The notes under the pieces are model-generated. The model searched no databases. It was given only the letters and a program-made list of their open reading frames with translations, and was not told the DNA's origin. From Octopus bimaculoides (lineage: Eukaryota): a stretch of DNA of 64,000 bases. The translations under genes and the position numbers were made by a program. Position 1 is the stretch's first letter, and every line of letters begins with the position of its first letter. This document shows, in pieces, positions 51,024 to 62,990 of this stretch. The DNA lies in NCBI RefSeq assembly GCF_001194135.2, contig NC_068981.1, positions 167,017,549 through 167,081,548 on the forward strand, given 5' to 3'.

Positions 51024-51607
51024 ATGTCTGGCCATGGGTAAATATTACCTTATTTAGAAACAACCATATTCATTTTAAAACTATAGATATAGTATCTTAG
51101 AGAGATTGGTCAAGAAATATGCAGCTTAAAACTATAGATAAACTACATATTTTTAAGGGTGATAAGAAAATAAATACAGTTTTCCATATTAACAGGGGCT
51201 GGATAGTTTTGTTATCCAGCCATATTTGGTGTACTGGGTTCATGGGTACACTGGATATTTGGGAACAAAAACAAAACATGAAAAATAACAACGATACCAA
51301 ATCAACATACTCCCAGAAAAATGGTACGCATGCTCAGAAATGTTACACAATGTCAGATTTTGAAATAAGAGCAATTGTGTAAAAGTGAATGTCAGACAAA
51401 GAAATACAAAAAAGAAGAAAAAAACCCTCAAAAATAAAGAAGAAATGTGTAATTATTCAGTATTTGGCTTACTGACAAATTACTAGAAACAAACCTTATA
51501 TTTGGCCACATCATATCTTGACCAATTTCTCTAAGATATTATATCTATAGTTTTAAAATGAATATGGTTGTTTCCAAATAAAGCAATATTTACCCATGGC
51601 CAGACAT
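51024..51607. repeat. ~97-bp inverted repeats (51024-51121 / 51512-51607) enclosing a direct copy (51333-51499) of 50607-50775
   Basis: Direct sequence comparison. Confidence 0.88.
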
Positions 51608-51639
51608 ATAATTCGACAAAATTATCCCTAAGTCAGCTT

Positions 51640-51930
51640 CTACATGCCAGGATCAGATGATTCCTGCTTGTGCCACCTACCACTGCAGCTCCCAGACAGT
51701 AAGGCTAAAGTCAATCCCCCACCAATAATTCCACACTCCAGGGGATTCAAATCAGGAGAGTAAGAGAGTCAAACGATCATAGAAAATATTGTGATCTTGG
51801 ATTTAATTCGCGCTCTCCTCATAACAAAGCATTTGTATTAGATGTCCCTGTGCACCACAAGTGAAAACGTGAACTTCACAAACTGTTTAGCAATGGCTTT
51901 CATCAACCAGCTGGAGTCATTGTTAATGAT
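51640..51930 (-). mobile_element. Tc1-family transposase remnant
   Basis: Minus strand reads YSPDLNPLE. Boundaries approximate. Confidence 0.55.
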
Positions 51931-52347
51931 GTACTGGACTTACTGGATGAACCCAGCCATTCTGGAGCCTGGTGTCGCCTCCTGGCCCACCAGTCCTCAG
52001 TCAAATCGTCCAACCCATGCTAGCATGGAAAGCGGATGTTAAACGATGATGATGATGATGAATGTGAATAAGGATTACATTTAACAGAGTAACCAGAATT
52101 TGGCTTATTTTTACTAGGTACAAGGAGGATCCATGCAGAGAAAGAGGTACAGTTTATCAAGTTGAGAATTTTTCCCAAAGACCAACCTAAATTATCTATT
52201 TGAACATTTCAATTCAGAATCATAGAACTCATATCATCAAACAAANNNNNNNNNNNNNNNNNNNNNNNNNNNNNNNNNNNNNNNNNNNNNNNNNNNNNNN
52301 NNNNNNNNNNNNNNNNNNNNNNNNNNNNNNNNNNNNNNNNNNNNNNN

Positions 52348-52435
52348 GATACATAAATAGAGTAAAATGTGTTATTGAGAAGACCTTCAAGGCAAAACCA
52401 TGTGACATCTGCTTTCACAGTTTTTGTGATGCTGG
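52348..52435 (-). CDS. MEGF9: MEGF9-like gene exon: second half of FN3-like domain, truncated by N gap
   Basis: atttcag acceptor at 52436-7, phase 1. Translates (A)SITKTVKADVTWFCLEGLLNNTFYSIYVS then Ns (52246-52347). The L-x-G-L-x-x-x-T-x-Y-x-I-x-V pattern is the FN3 E/F-strand motif. Confidence 0.8.
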
Positions 52436-52509
52436 CTGAAATTGATAAAGAAAATTCCAAGATTGATAAAAAGCAATTTTATTGCTTGCGTGTGTGTGGT
52501 GTGTGTGTG

Positions 52510-52550
<41 letters not shown>

Positions 52551-52929
52551 TATTTGATAAGCCTTGTGAATGGATTTGGCAAACAAAAATTGAAAGAAGC
52601 CTTTCATATGTGTGTATGTGCATGCGTTACTGTCTCCCTGCCTTGACATTATACAACAGTCGTAAACAAATGTCACTGTTGTGCGAGTGGTGTCCCTTCA
52701 TTTCCAATTTCCTGTCTCTGGTCATGGGGAAATGTTAACTTGTCTGGAAACAAGTGAGAGTTGGAAAAGGTGAGGCAACCAGCCCTAGAAAATCTGCTTC
52801 AAGAAAATTCTGCCTGACCCATATGACTATGGAAAAGCGAACATTAAACTGATGAGGATGATCATATGATTCCTACCCTGCATTTAGGAAGTTGAGGCAA
52901 ACATTCTCATGTTTTTTCTAAACATTATT

Positions 52930-53092
52930 ATAGGTGCAGATATGGCTGTGTAGCAAGAACTTGCTTCCCAACCACATGGTTTCAAGTTCAGTCTAACTGC
53001 AAGGCACCTTGAGCAAGTGTCTTTTACTATAGCCTCAAGCCGACCAAAAACTTGTGATTGGATATAGTAGATGGAAAGAAGATTGTCGTGTG

Positions 53093-53139
<47 letters not shown>

Positions 53140-53350
53140 ATGTCTTTGTGTCTGTGTTCTCCTCACCCATCACTGCTTGACAACCAATGTCAGTGTGTTT
53201 ACGCCCCCCTGTAACTTACCGGTTAGGCAAAAGAGACCGACAGAACAAGTACTAGGCTTTAAAAAATAGTCCTGGGGTCAATTTGTTCGACTAAAACACC
53301 TCAAGGTGGTGCTCCAGTATGGCCGTAGTCAAATGACTGAAATAAGTAAA
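52930..53350 (+). mobile_element. CORE-type SINE
   Basis: Family head, CORE and tail motifs with internal (TA)n. Confidence 0.85.
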
Positions 53351-54133
53351 ATAACAAAAAAATCACAGAGACAATTGATCAGCAGTTAAGTTCTTTATGA
53401 TCCAAGGGTTAAGAGCTTGAAATATTAAATTAAAAACTCAATGTTTTTGTTCAGTGTAGGTTTTCCAAAATATTCATTTATAACTTAAGGATTATCTCTC
53501 AAATTTAGAGGTAGGGTATAGTCAATTATACCAATCCTTATACTTGACTGGCATTTATTTTATCTACCCTAGAGGGACAAAAGGTAATAATGATGTTGGT
53601 AGTATTAAAACTCAGAATGTAAAAGATTATAAGTAAATACTTCATGGGATTTTGTCCGATGTTCAAATGATTCTGCCACACCAGTGCCCTAAATATAAAT
53701 GATCCAAAATTATTTTGATATAGTTGGAAGATTTGGACATAGAAGCAAAAACATCTAAATGCTTGAGATGAATTGTTCTTAAGATTATCAATCTCATTCT
53801 CATAAATAAAAGATTATTTTCATTTTATTCAAGCTCAGTGGTTGAATGGACAGTTTGCCTTGAAATAAAGTTCCTAGTTTGAATCTAGAACATATCAAAG
53901 AGTAAAAGCCCTAATGATGATTGTAGATCAAATTAGTGTAAATTTTGAAAAACCACTTTCATTTCTAAAGATGAGGTTAAAAAAAAAAAAAAAACAGAAA
54001 AAAAAAACACTGCCATCTTGCAGGAACATCAGGTACCAAATTAGATTCTAAAAATCCTTAATCCAAGTTTACTGTAACCAGCATAATCTTCACCAGCAAT
54101 CAGGTCAGCTTAGATTAAAACAAAATATTTTAC

Positions 54134-54538
54134 CTTCATCTGAATCCTTTTGTTTGTATTCAATTATATATTCATGTATATCACCAAATAAACCAATTTT
54201 GTTATTAACCATTTCATGGGGGGTTTTGTATGAGAATCCCTTGTTTACAGAATTCGTACTGTTTTCAGTTGATTGTTGTTCATTTTTTCTAAACTTAACA
54301 GGTTTATTTCCTGCTGTTTGATATGATTGATTTGGTTGACTTTCTTCTGATAATGGAATAGTAAGCTGGTGCAGTAATAAATCATTCGCATCTTTGTCAA
54401 TATTTGCATGGCTAATATAATTGCTAGGTAGAAAGTATACAGGACGTTCCCAGATGAGGTAGTATTTATTTGAGGAGTCATTCTCATTGGAAAATTGGAA
54501 TGCTTCAAGTTCAAATGGAGCCAAGGCAGATGATATAG
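54134..54538 (-). CDS. MEGF9: MEGF9-like gene exon: first half of FN3-like domain with long insert
   Basis: Long polypyrimidine tract with tttacag acceptor and gtaaaa donor. 405 nt, phase 1-1, open frame. Translates ISSALAPFELEAFQF...KYYLIWERP...[~85 aa]...GDIHEYIIEYKQKDSDE. Linkage to the downstream exons is inferred from phase and FN3 continuity. Confidence 0.8.
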
Positions 54539-56429
54539 CTGTAAAGAAGAATAAAGAAATAACATAAATGAGAGAAATGAAATCTAACAATGTTCTTTTT
54601 AGAAAAAAAAAGAAAAAGAAAAAGACATTTACTTCAGAAAATAAGATTACTAGATTGATTGCTCTCGTTATGCCAAGAACACCAGATTTAATACAAGTTT
54701 ATTACCCAGTATTGTAAATGTTGGTCAGTTTTGCTATAACAAGTTCATGTCTTTGAAATTCTTTCACCACTTGCAATATAGCAAGTAGAACTTTTCCAAT
54801 ATTTGAAAATATTTTGTAGTCCCTAAGTTTTCAGTCTGATATTTTAGCAAATATATCAAGTTAAGTGCAAAAGGTACATGGCCTAGTGGTAGGGTGTTGC
54901 ACTCATGACCACATGATTGTGGTTTTGATTCCCAGACCAGCAGTGTGTTGTGTTCTTAAGCAAAACATTTCATTTCAATTCTGTCCACTCAACAGTAAAT
55001 GAGTAACCTTGCGACAGACTGGTGTTCTGTTCAGAGGTCAGAGGGAATGTTGACTAGCCTGTATGCCTGCCTTGCCAGTGAAGTGGCATCATTCAAAAGC
55101 TAAGTCAATGTGAGGAAGCACATTGGGTATAAGAACATCTGATACTCTGGTTGATGCAGTGGTATCAAGTTAAGTACACAGTGAAAAGTTATTGAAGAGA
55201 ATTATTTTTGGTCACTAACTGGGACACATTTTCCCTTGCTTATAGACACATACACATAGTTTTCTATATTGTTAAATCAAAATTTTAACTTTTAAAAATT
55301 AATTTTATTAAGAAGATATATTTCTTCATCATCTAATTGTACATTTAGTTCTCTGCGCTCGTTTGGCTTCCACATAGCTTCTGTAAACCAAATCCTGCAC
55401 CACAGGACTAAACTCAGAGCCATATAATTCTTAAGCAAACTCGTAAACCATGATCAATGCCTATTATTGTGTAGCTCTGATTGAGTAGGCTTTTATCAAA
55501 GGTGTTCTGGTAGTGTCTATCCCTTTTATAAGGTAGCATGATGTGATGGAAATTTGGCTTTTATTTCTAGAAGGTGAAGCAAACCTGTAAAAGTTCTTTT
55601 GCTGGCACAAGGGGTTATACAGTCATCATTGTTAAGACTCTGATCAGACCTGATCAAGCAGACATTTCAGCTATAATCATACTTCTGCTTTCTGCTGTGC
55701 AGGAACCCAGAGACACATTATTCAGCATGGACATTTGGCTGCTACTTTTAGCAGGCTGAGTCACCCTGTAGAGTCTCCTTCACTGGCTTAGGTTTTTATA
55801 ATTGTTGTTGTTTAGCATCAAGTTACTCTCATTGAGTAGACTTATGATGAAAGACATTCCAGTCTTGACCATTCCATCTCTTTGCATGTCAAGAGCAATA
55901 CTGTCCAATATGTCCACCTAGATTTTAGATGGTGGAGTGCAATTTGAGGGAGATTTGGCTGTTATTTTTAGCAGGTTGAGGGGCCAAGTAGAGGCTTCCT
56001 CATTTGCTTGATGATGTATATGCCACATATATATATGATGCAGTACATCCAAGTTTCCCCTCAATACCACCAACTAAACATGAAAGATATTGGATAATGG
56101 AGTTCTAGATATAAGCACAGACATGGCTGTGTGGTAAGAAGCTTGCTTGGTTCTGGGCTCAATCCCACTGTGTGGTACCTTGGGCAAGTATCTTTTAGTA
56201 TAGTTCCAGGCTGATCATAGCCTTGAGTGTATTTGGTAGATGGAAACTAAAAGAAGCCTGTTGTATATGTATGTGTGTGTGTGTGTATTTGTGTTTGTCC
56301 CTCACCTTTGCTTGACAACTGGTGCTGGTTTGTTTACATCTCCATAACTTAGCAGTTTGGCAAAATAGACTGATAGAATAAGTACCAGGCTTAAAAATAA
56401 GTACTGGGGTCAATTCTTTTTGATTAGAC

Positions 56430-56808
56430 TAGTGGTTCTCAATAATTTTTCTTCACTTATGAACCCCTTTGATTTCTTTTTTACTCTGGCAGATTCCTTT
56501 AACCATTTTATGTTAAAAAATAAGTTTTATAAATACTTCTTTCAAAATTTCTATTTTGTTTTTCACATATTCACTTGTGTAGGTTTGCAATTTTGCAATA
56601 GAACTCTAAGAGAACATATTTCAGTGGCCAGAAACATGCTGAACTATGTAAAGCATTAGAGAAAGAAACCTGGTCGTTTCTTGCAATAAATACACCTAAA
56701 GCAAAAATTTTTTCATAGATCCTTAAAATACGATTGTGGATCCCCAACTTACTATTTTGCTTAAGTGGACTCCCAAACATCTTTTTGGACCCCTGTTGAG
56801 AACCACTG
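56430..56808. mobile_element. hAT-type MITE nested in a SINE (about 56117-56860)
   Basis: Termini tagtggttctcaa / ttgagaaccactg, partial TSD (gattagac / gattatgg). The SINE tail resumes after 56810. Confidence 0.72.
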
Positions 56809-57194
56809 GATTATGGACCCCAGCATAGCCACAGCTTAATGACTGAAACAAGTATAAAAGATACAAACTGTCTGAAAAACAGGATGGTCATATCTGGAAA
56901 AGCTTTGATTATGATCCTAATCTCAATGTCAAGGTTATTCTGGGGCTAAAATAACATTTTGCTTAAAATGCAAGGCTTGTCGATAAAGAATTGACAGTAA
57001 CTGGTTCTTTGATTGCCTTTATCAATGATTACTTTGTCGCAAGCATTCAGACTGGATCTTCAGCCTTAGGATAGCATCTTTCCACCAATCTCAGGGGTCT
57101 TACAGAAGGGCATGACCTTGAAAGGGCAGGTGGCCCCAAAGGAGGACATAACCTGAAAGAGGTCATGATTAATGTGTATTTGTGTGTGTGTGTA

Positions 57195-57694
57195 TAATGT
57201 TAGATGCAGTGTGCAAGGAAGAATACTGCACTGGTTTGGTCATGTAATTCAGATGGATATCAATAGCTCCATAAAGAAGTACTGATCACTCAAAGTGGAT
57301 GGAACTCATGGAAAAGGTAGACCCAGAAGAACATGGGATGAAGTTCTGAAGGATGACTTCAAGACACTGAACCTTTTGTTGGATATGACAAAGGACCAAG
57401 ATATCTGGTGCCTTGCTGTAGTCAAGAAGACCTGTCCTCCACAGCAGAAGTGTTAAGGCTGCTTCCCATGATGAAAAGGATTGGCCTGCAAGAGTCATGT
57501 GCCAGTACCACATAAAAAACATTTGTGCCAGTACCACATTAAAAGCATTCAGCTTTGGCCTTAGGAAGAGCATCCAGTCATAGAAACCAAGGCAAATCAG
57601 ACTGAAACTTGGTGCAGCTCTCCTGCTTGCCATCTTTGGTCAAACTATCCAACCCATGCCAGCATGGAAAATGGACGTTAAAGGATGATGATGA

Positions 57695-57700
<6 letters not shown>
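57195..57700 (+). mobile_element. RTE LINE 3' end linking ORF C-terminus to the (GAT)n tail
   Basis: LHWFGHVIQM...GKGRPRRTWDEVLKDD..., then gaagagcatccagtc...ggacgttaaaggatgatgatg. Confidence 0.88.
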
Positions 57701-57746
<46 letters not shown>

Positions 57747-59094
57747 CAAATTTTCAGAAAATAAAAGAGGAAGACAGGTGAAAGAACAACAAGATGCATT
57801 AGTTTAATGCTTGGGAAGAATGGAAAAGTCTTTGATGTTCCAAGCCTACATTCTTTGACAGAAAGGATTGAGAAGGAAAAATGGAGAGAGAACAAAAAAA
57901 AAAAAAAATGTGTAGGAATCAGTGGTTCAACATGATGAAATGAACCCCTATACAGTTATCACAAGCATATTTTCCTTTCCTTTTTTGCCTAATGAACATT
58001 CTTATTATTATCAATCCCCTCTGTGTATGCTACAAAGTACATATTTTGCTAACACAAGAGAGCAAAACAATCACATAATAAATGTAACATTCAAACTCAA
58101 AAGTTGTGATCTGAAGTAATTTGTCAATTATATAAATCTGCTCAAGTGTTTGATATTTAGGTGTGTTGTGTTAAATTTCAGGTTTATAGTAATATAAATC
58201 AACTCAGTACTTAATTGGTGCTACACTTTATTGACCTCAGAAGAATGAAAAGCAAATTTGACCTTGATGGAATTTTGAACAACGAACGTAAAAAACTTTA
58301 AATACAATATGGTATTTTGTCCAATGCTCACATAATTCTTGTGTATGTCATTTTACTAACATTCTAACCATGTCTATACTGTGTATGTTGGACTTTGAGC
58401 TGTAGATTTTAGCATTATTGTGGGACTTCTGATAGACCAAAAAGGGGAAAACAATAAAAGAGTATGATGGTATTAATACAATTAATATGAAATTTGCAGT
58501 CAGTGCATTCTAAAAATATGTGGTGGAAAGATGGCCCTAGGAATAAAGGATTGCATATATTAAGTGCAGAATTTATGGCAATAAATGCTAGCAAGCAGGT
58601 GTAAAGTGAGAGAGACAGAGAGAGAGAAACNNNNNNNNNNNNNNNNNNNNNNNNNNNNNNNNNNNNNNNNNNNNNNNNNNNNNNNNNNNNNNNNNNNNNN
58701 NNNNNNNNNNNNNNNNNNNNNNNNNNNNNNNNNNNNNNNNNNNNNNNNNNNNNNNNNNNNNNNNNNNNNNNNNNNNNNNNNNNNNNNNNNNNNNNNNNNN
58801 NNNNNNNNNNNNNNNNNNNNNNNNNNNGGAGATAGAGCGGGAGAACAGCAGTTTTAAAATGAAGATTTCATCACAACAAACTAGTCAAGCAACTTATATT
58901 TTGATGGTTCAACATTCTCATTTGAATAAGATAACACTTCTAATTTTTCACATATGTATAGTTCCCAAGACAAACTCAATTACTAATAATAACTAATTAC
59001 GTACTAATTAGGGAAGTGGTTCCCAATCTTTATGACTTTGTCATATACTGAAAATGAAACAAAAAGCATTACTGGTAAACTTCACATGGGATTT

Positions 59095-59483
59095 AGGCAT
59101 GGCTGTGTGGTTAAGAAGCCTGCTTGGCAACCATACAGCTTTGGGTTGAGTCCCAATACATGACACCTTGGCAAGTGTCTTCTACAATAGCCCCAAGTCG
59201 ACCAATTGCTTGTGAGTGAATTTGGTAGATGGCAACTGTGGAAGCCCGTTGTGTGTGTGCATATATGTGTTTGTATATGTCTCCACTTTCACTGCTTGAC
59301 AACCAGTGTTGGTTTGTTTACACCATGTAACATAACGGTTTAACAAAAGAAACCGACAGAATAAGCACCTAACTTAAGAAAAAAAGAACTGGGTGTTAAT
59401 TGGTTTGACTAAAAACCCTTGAAGCCGGTGCCCTAGTATGGCCAGTGTCCAATAACTGAAACAAGTACAGGATAAAAGATAAG
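59095..59483 (+). mobile_element. CORE-type SINE (older copy)
   Basis: aggcatggctgtgtgg head, gggttgagtccc, caccttggcaagtgtc and tail gataaaagataag. Confidence 0.85.
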
Positions 59484-59567
59484 TTAAAAAATAGAAAACT
59501 TGTTTATATATTGTTTTGTTAATCCTAATAAAATTCTTGTAATATAGAATACAATGTGTTACCTCGT

Positions 59568-59979
59568 TTACTCTTTTACTTTTACTGGTTTCAGACATTT
59601 GACCGTGGCCATGCTGGAGCACCACCTTTAGTCGAGCAAATTGACCCCAGGACTTATTCTTTGGAAGCCTAGTACTTATTCTATCGGTCTCTTTTTGCCG
59701 AACCGCTAAGTTACGGGGACGTAAACACACCAGCATCGGTTGTCAAGCGATGCTGAGGGGACAAACACAGACACACAAACACACACACATATATATATAT
59801 ATATACATATATACGACGGGCTTCTTTCAGCTTCCGTCTACCAAATCCACTCACAAGGCTTTGGTCGGCCTGAGGCTATAGTAGAAGACACTTGCCCAAG
59901 GTACCACGCAGTGGGACTGAACCTGGAACCATGTGGTTGGTAAGCAAGGTACTTACCACACAGCCACTCCTACGCCTAT
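59568..59979 (-). mobile_element. CORE-type SINE (young, full length)
   Basis: Complete head to tail and highly similar to 61901-62320. Confidence 0.92.
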
Positions 59980-60863
59980 CTATCTATAATGTGCAAGTAT
60001 TACGAATATGAATTTTCTAGTATAAATCATATTATTAAAAATATACAGTGCACCGGGATAACTCTTGTGACATATGGAACACAAAAACATTTCTGTTTGA
60101 CAAATTTGGTTAACCTTTTCAAATATAATTTCATTCAAAACACATTGATGTACAGGTATAATTTCAGTGATGTCACACCATACGCACACATCATTACCAT
60201 ATTTGTTATTCTTATGTGACATAGAGCACTTAGTGAAGATCAGGATAAATTGGAATGCAACATGTCAAATAAAACTTAAGATAAAGATAAACAAAACAGC
60301 TTTTATAGATCTTTATATAAACACACAGGCTATATACACATACAGCCATGCACAAGATTGTCCTTTATTAAAACTGGAGCTAAAAGGAGTGCTTCTATGT
60401 AGTCAATCTGCTAGAAAGAGAAGCTAAATCTTCCTTAAATCATACACTGTTACCATAGAAAAGGATACATTCCATGTGTTCCTAGGTTCATTGCTCATAG
60501 GAAGACTGGATGTTGCCAGCTGGGATGCCTCTGATTATAGATCTGCCCCCCCCCCACATTCTTGACCTCTGGTGCAAAAGGAAGTAATCTAAACATGCAA
60601 CAAAAACAACAAAAATTTCTTATATGACAACAGAATGTCTGTTCACATACAGACACAAACACACACACTCATATATACACATGTATATATATATAAATAC
60701 ATAGTAAAAGAATACAAATAGTGTGGAAATGTTCAAATCCTGCTACACATGTTTTCATATCATGGCTGTTCATTTGTTCATTAATGTACTACATGACATG
60801 AATTACACAACCAAAATATTTTGTCTAGCATTTTGAATAACTGACAGGTAAAACTGATATCTA

Positions 60864-60897
<34 letters not shown>

Positions 60898-60997
60898 NNN
60901 NNNNNNNNNNNNNNNNNNNNNNNNNNNNNNNNNNNNNNNNNNNNNNNNNNNNNNNNNNNNNNNNNNNNNNNNNNNNNNNNNNNNNNNNNNNNNNNNN

Positions 60998-61032
<35 letters not shown>

Positions 61033-61129
61033 AGATAAAATAAAAAAGCAAGCTGAGTGTTGAATATAGCAGGCCCTTATCTAAATACTAAACTTGTCTC
61101 TGAATTCATTACTGATTTTCATCTTGCTG

Positions 61130-61790
61130 ACTGCATCTCTGTACATGGCTTGTAATGGCTTTCAAAAGCCACTCATCTACACTTAGTTCCCTTATTGGCC
61201 ACCAGATTACAAAGTGTGGCATCCTGTTAAAGGCCTTTTCCAGGTCAACAAAAGTTAAGTATAGTGGCTCAGTCTTAACTAAGTACTTCCCATGCAGGTG
61301 GTACCTCTGCTAAGTATAAATATAGTCAAACTGCATTTCATTTAGGTTAATTCTCAACCCAATTAGTTGAGCTATAACTCTTCTGTAACTTTCATAACTT
61401 AGTCCAATAGTCAGATACCGCTGTAATTATCTCTCTTTAAAGCATCACTATTGCTTTTGCAGCAGTTGGTGATGATACTGGTATACCAGTCATTGGCTAA
61501 TGCCATTCCTAATCAAATGTGCTATGATTTTTTTTCAATAACATTCAAGATGCAGTCCAACACTATGATGTCTCTGTAATTGCCTCTTTCTACTGCATCT
61601 CTTTTGATCTTGTAGCACTTTACAATGATACTGCTACACCAGCCATTTGGTATGATACTTCCTGCATTAGCTGATTTACCATTTTAGTGAGTTGCACACA
61701 CCTTACTTTGCCAATCATTTTCAGTATATCGACCACTATTCCTAATAGACAAGCAGCTCCCCAGTCACACTGCTGTTAGCTTGGATGCTT
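61130..61790 (-). mobile_element. Decayed RTE LINE RT N-terminal fragment
   Basis: Minus strand reads PLYLTFVDLEKAFNR and NYSGI*LL..MKV. Confidence 0.78.
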
Positions 61791-61900
61791 GTTTGTCTAC
61801 ATCAGAAGTTCTCAATGAATTTTTGCCTATGGATCCCTCTGATTCCTATTTTGCTCAGGTGGAACATCATAACTATTCAATGTTTAAAAAATATTATTAT

Positions 61901-62320
61901 ATAGGCGTAGGAGTGGCTGTGTGGTATAGGCGTAGGAGTGGTTGTGTGGTAAGTAACTTGCTTACCAACCACATGGTTCTGGGTTCAGTCCCACTACGTG
62001 GCACCTTGGGCAAGTGTCTTCTACTGTAGCCTCGGGCCGACCAAAACCGTGTGAGTGAATTTGGTAGATGAAAACTGAAAGAAGCCCGTCGTATATATGT
62101 ATATATATGTATGTGTGTGTATATGTTTGTCCCCCCAATATCGCTTGACAACCGATGCTGGTGTGTTTACATTCCCGTAACTTAGCGGTTCGGCAAAAGA
62201 GACCGATAGAATAAGTACTAGGCTTCCAAAGAATAAGTCCTGGGGTCGATTTGCTCGACTAAAGGCGGTGCTCCAGCATGGCCACAATCAAATGACTAAA
62301 ACAAGTAAGAGTAAAAGAGT
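61901..62320 (+). mobile_element. CORE-type SINE (young) with duplicated 25-bp head
   Basis: ataggcgtaggagtgg(c/t)tgtgtggt at 61901 and 61926, then the full body and an agtaaaagag tail. Confidence 0.92.
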
Positions 62321-62689
62321 ATATTTTCATAATCAAACATTATTAGGAATTGTATAAAAAAAATGTTAAAATATTTTGTATATTGTAGAAGTATAACCAG
62401 TTCAGTGCACAAAAACTTTAACAATATCTTATATGGGCCCCAGTTGAAAACCACTGATCTGCATGATATAGACCAGACATGAGCACCTATCTATGCGATA
62501 TAGTTCATCGTCAAACAGGTCACATGACTGTAAAAATTCAAGGTAATTTTTTGTTAGGTGTGCCGTTGAGAAAGTTTCACAGGCTACAGTTTACACATGA
62601 CTGACATAGATCCTCTTTACCCATGCACTTTTTCTTTTGACAATCTCTCACAGTAGGAGTTCCACACCTCTTTCCTTTCAGCAACATTA

Positions 62690-62990
62690 ACCCTTCAATA
62701 CTTGAGCGAAGTCGTTGCCAGTGCCACTGGACTGGCTCCTGTGCAGGTGGCATGTAAAATACACCATTTGAGCGTGGCCGTAGCCAGTACCACCTGACTG
62801 GCCCTCGTGTCGGTGGCACGTAAGAGCACCCACTACACTCTCGGAGTGGTTGGCGTTAGGAAGGGCATCCAGCTGTAGAAACACTGCCAGATAAGATTGG
62901 AGCCTGGTGCAGCCAGTTGGTTTGCCAGTCCTTAGTCAAATTGTCTAACCCATGCTAGCATGGAAAGTGGACGTTAAACGATGAACGATG
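62690..62990 (+). mobile_element. RTE-3'UTR retroposon
   Basis: Reverse complement of the 26882 family, ending ggacgttaaacgatg. Confidence 0.85.

Noticed and set aside
54539-54590. Hydrophobic 'signal peptide' MLDFISLIYVISLFFFT at the start of ORF 54105-54590
   Set aside because: It starts at TTG, has no in-frame ATG nearby, and is the translated polypyrimidine tract before the tttacag acceptor.
59000-59070. Strong minus-strand acceptor ctttttgtttcattttcag as a coding exon start
   Set aside because: All three frames hit a stop within 15 codons.
59980-60222. Degenerate C2H2 finger on - (FLCSICHKSY...NMIYT) or FN3-like piece on + (HFCLTNLVNLFKYNF)
   Set aside because: Both zinc-binding His residues are absent, and the + reading is antisense to the neighbouring gene with no partner exons. 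The two readings are mutually exclusive and compatible with chance.
61901-62000. tRNA genes at SINE heads
   Set aside because: A and B boxes are present, but I could not fold a cloverleaf and the sequence continues into SINE body and tail.
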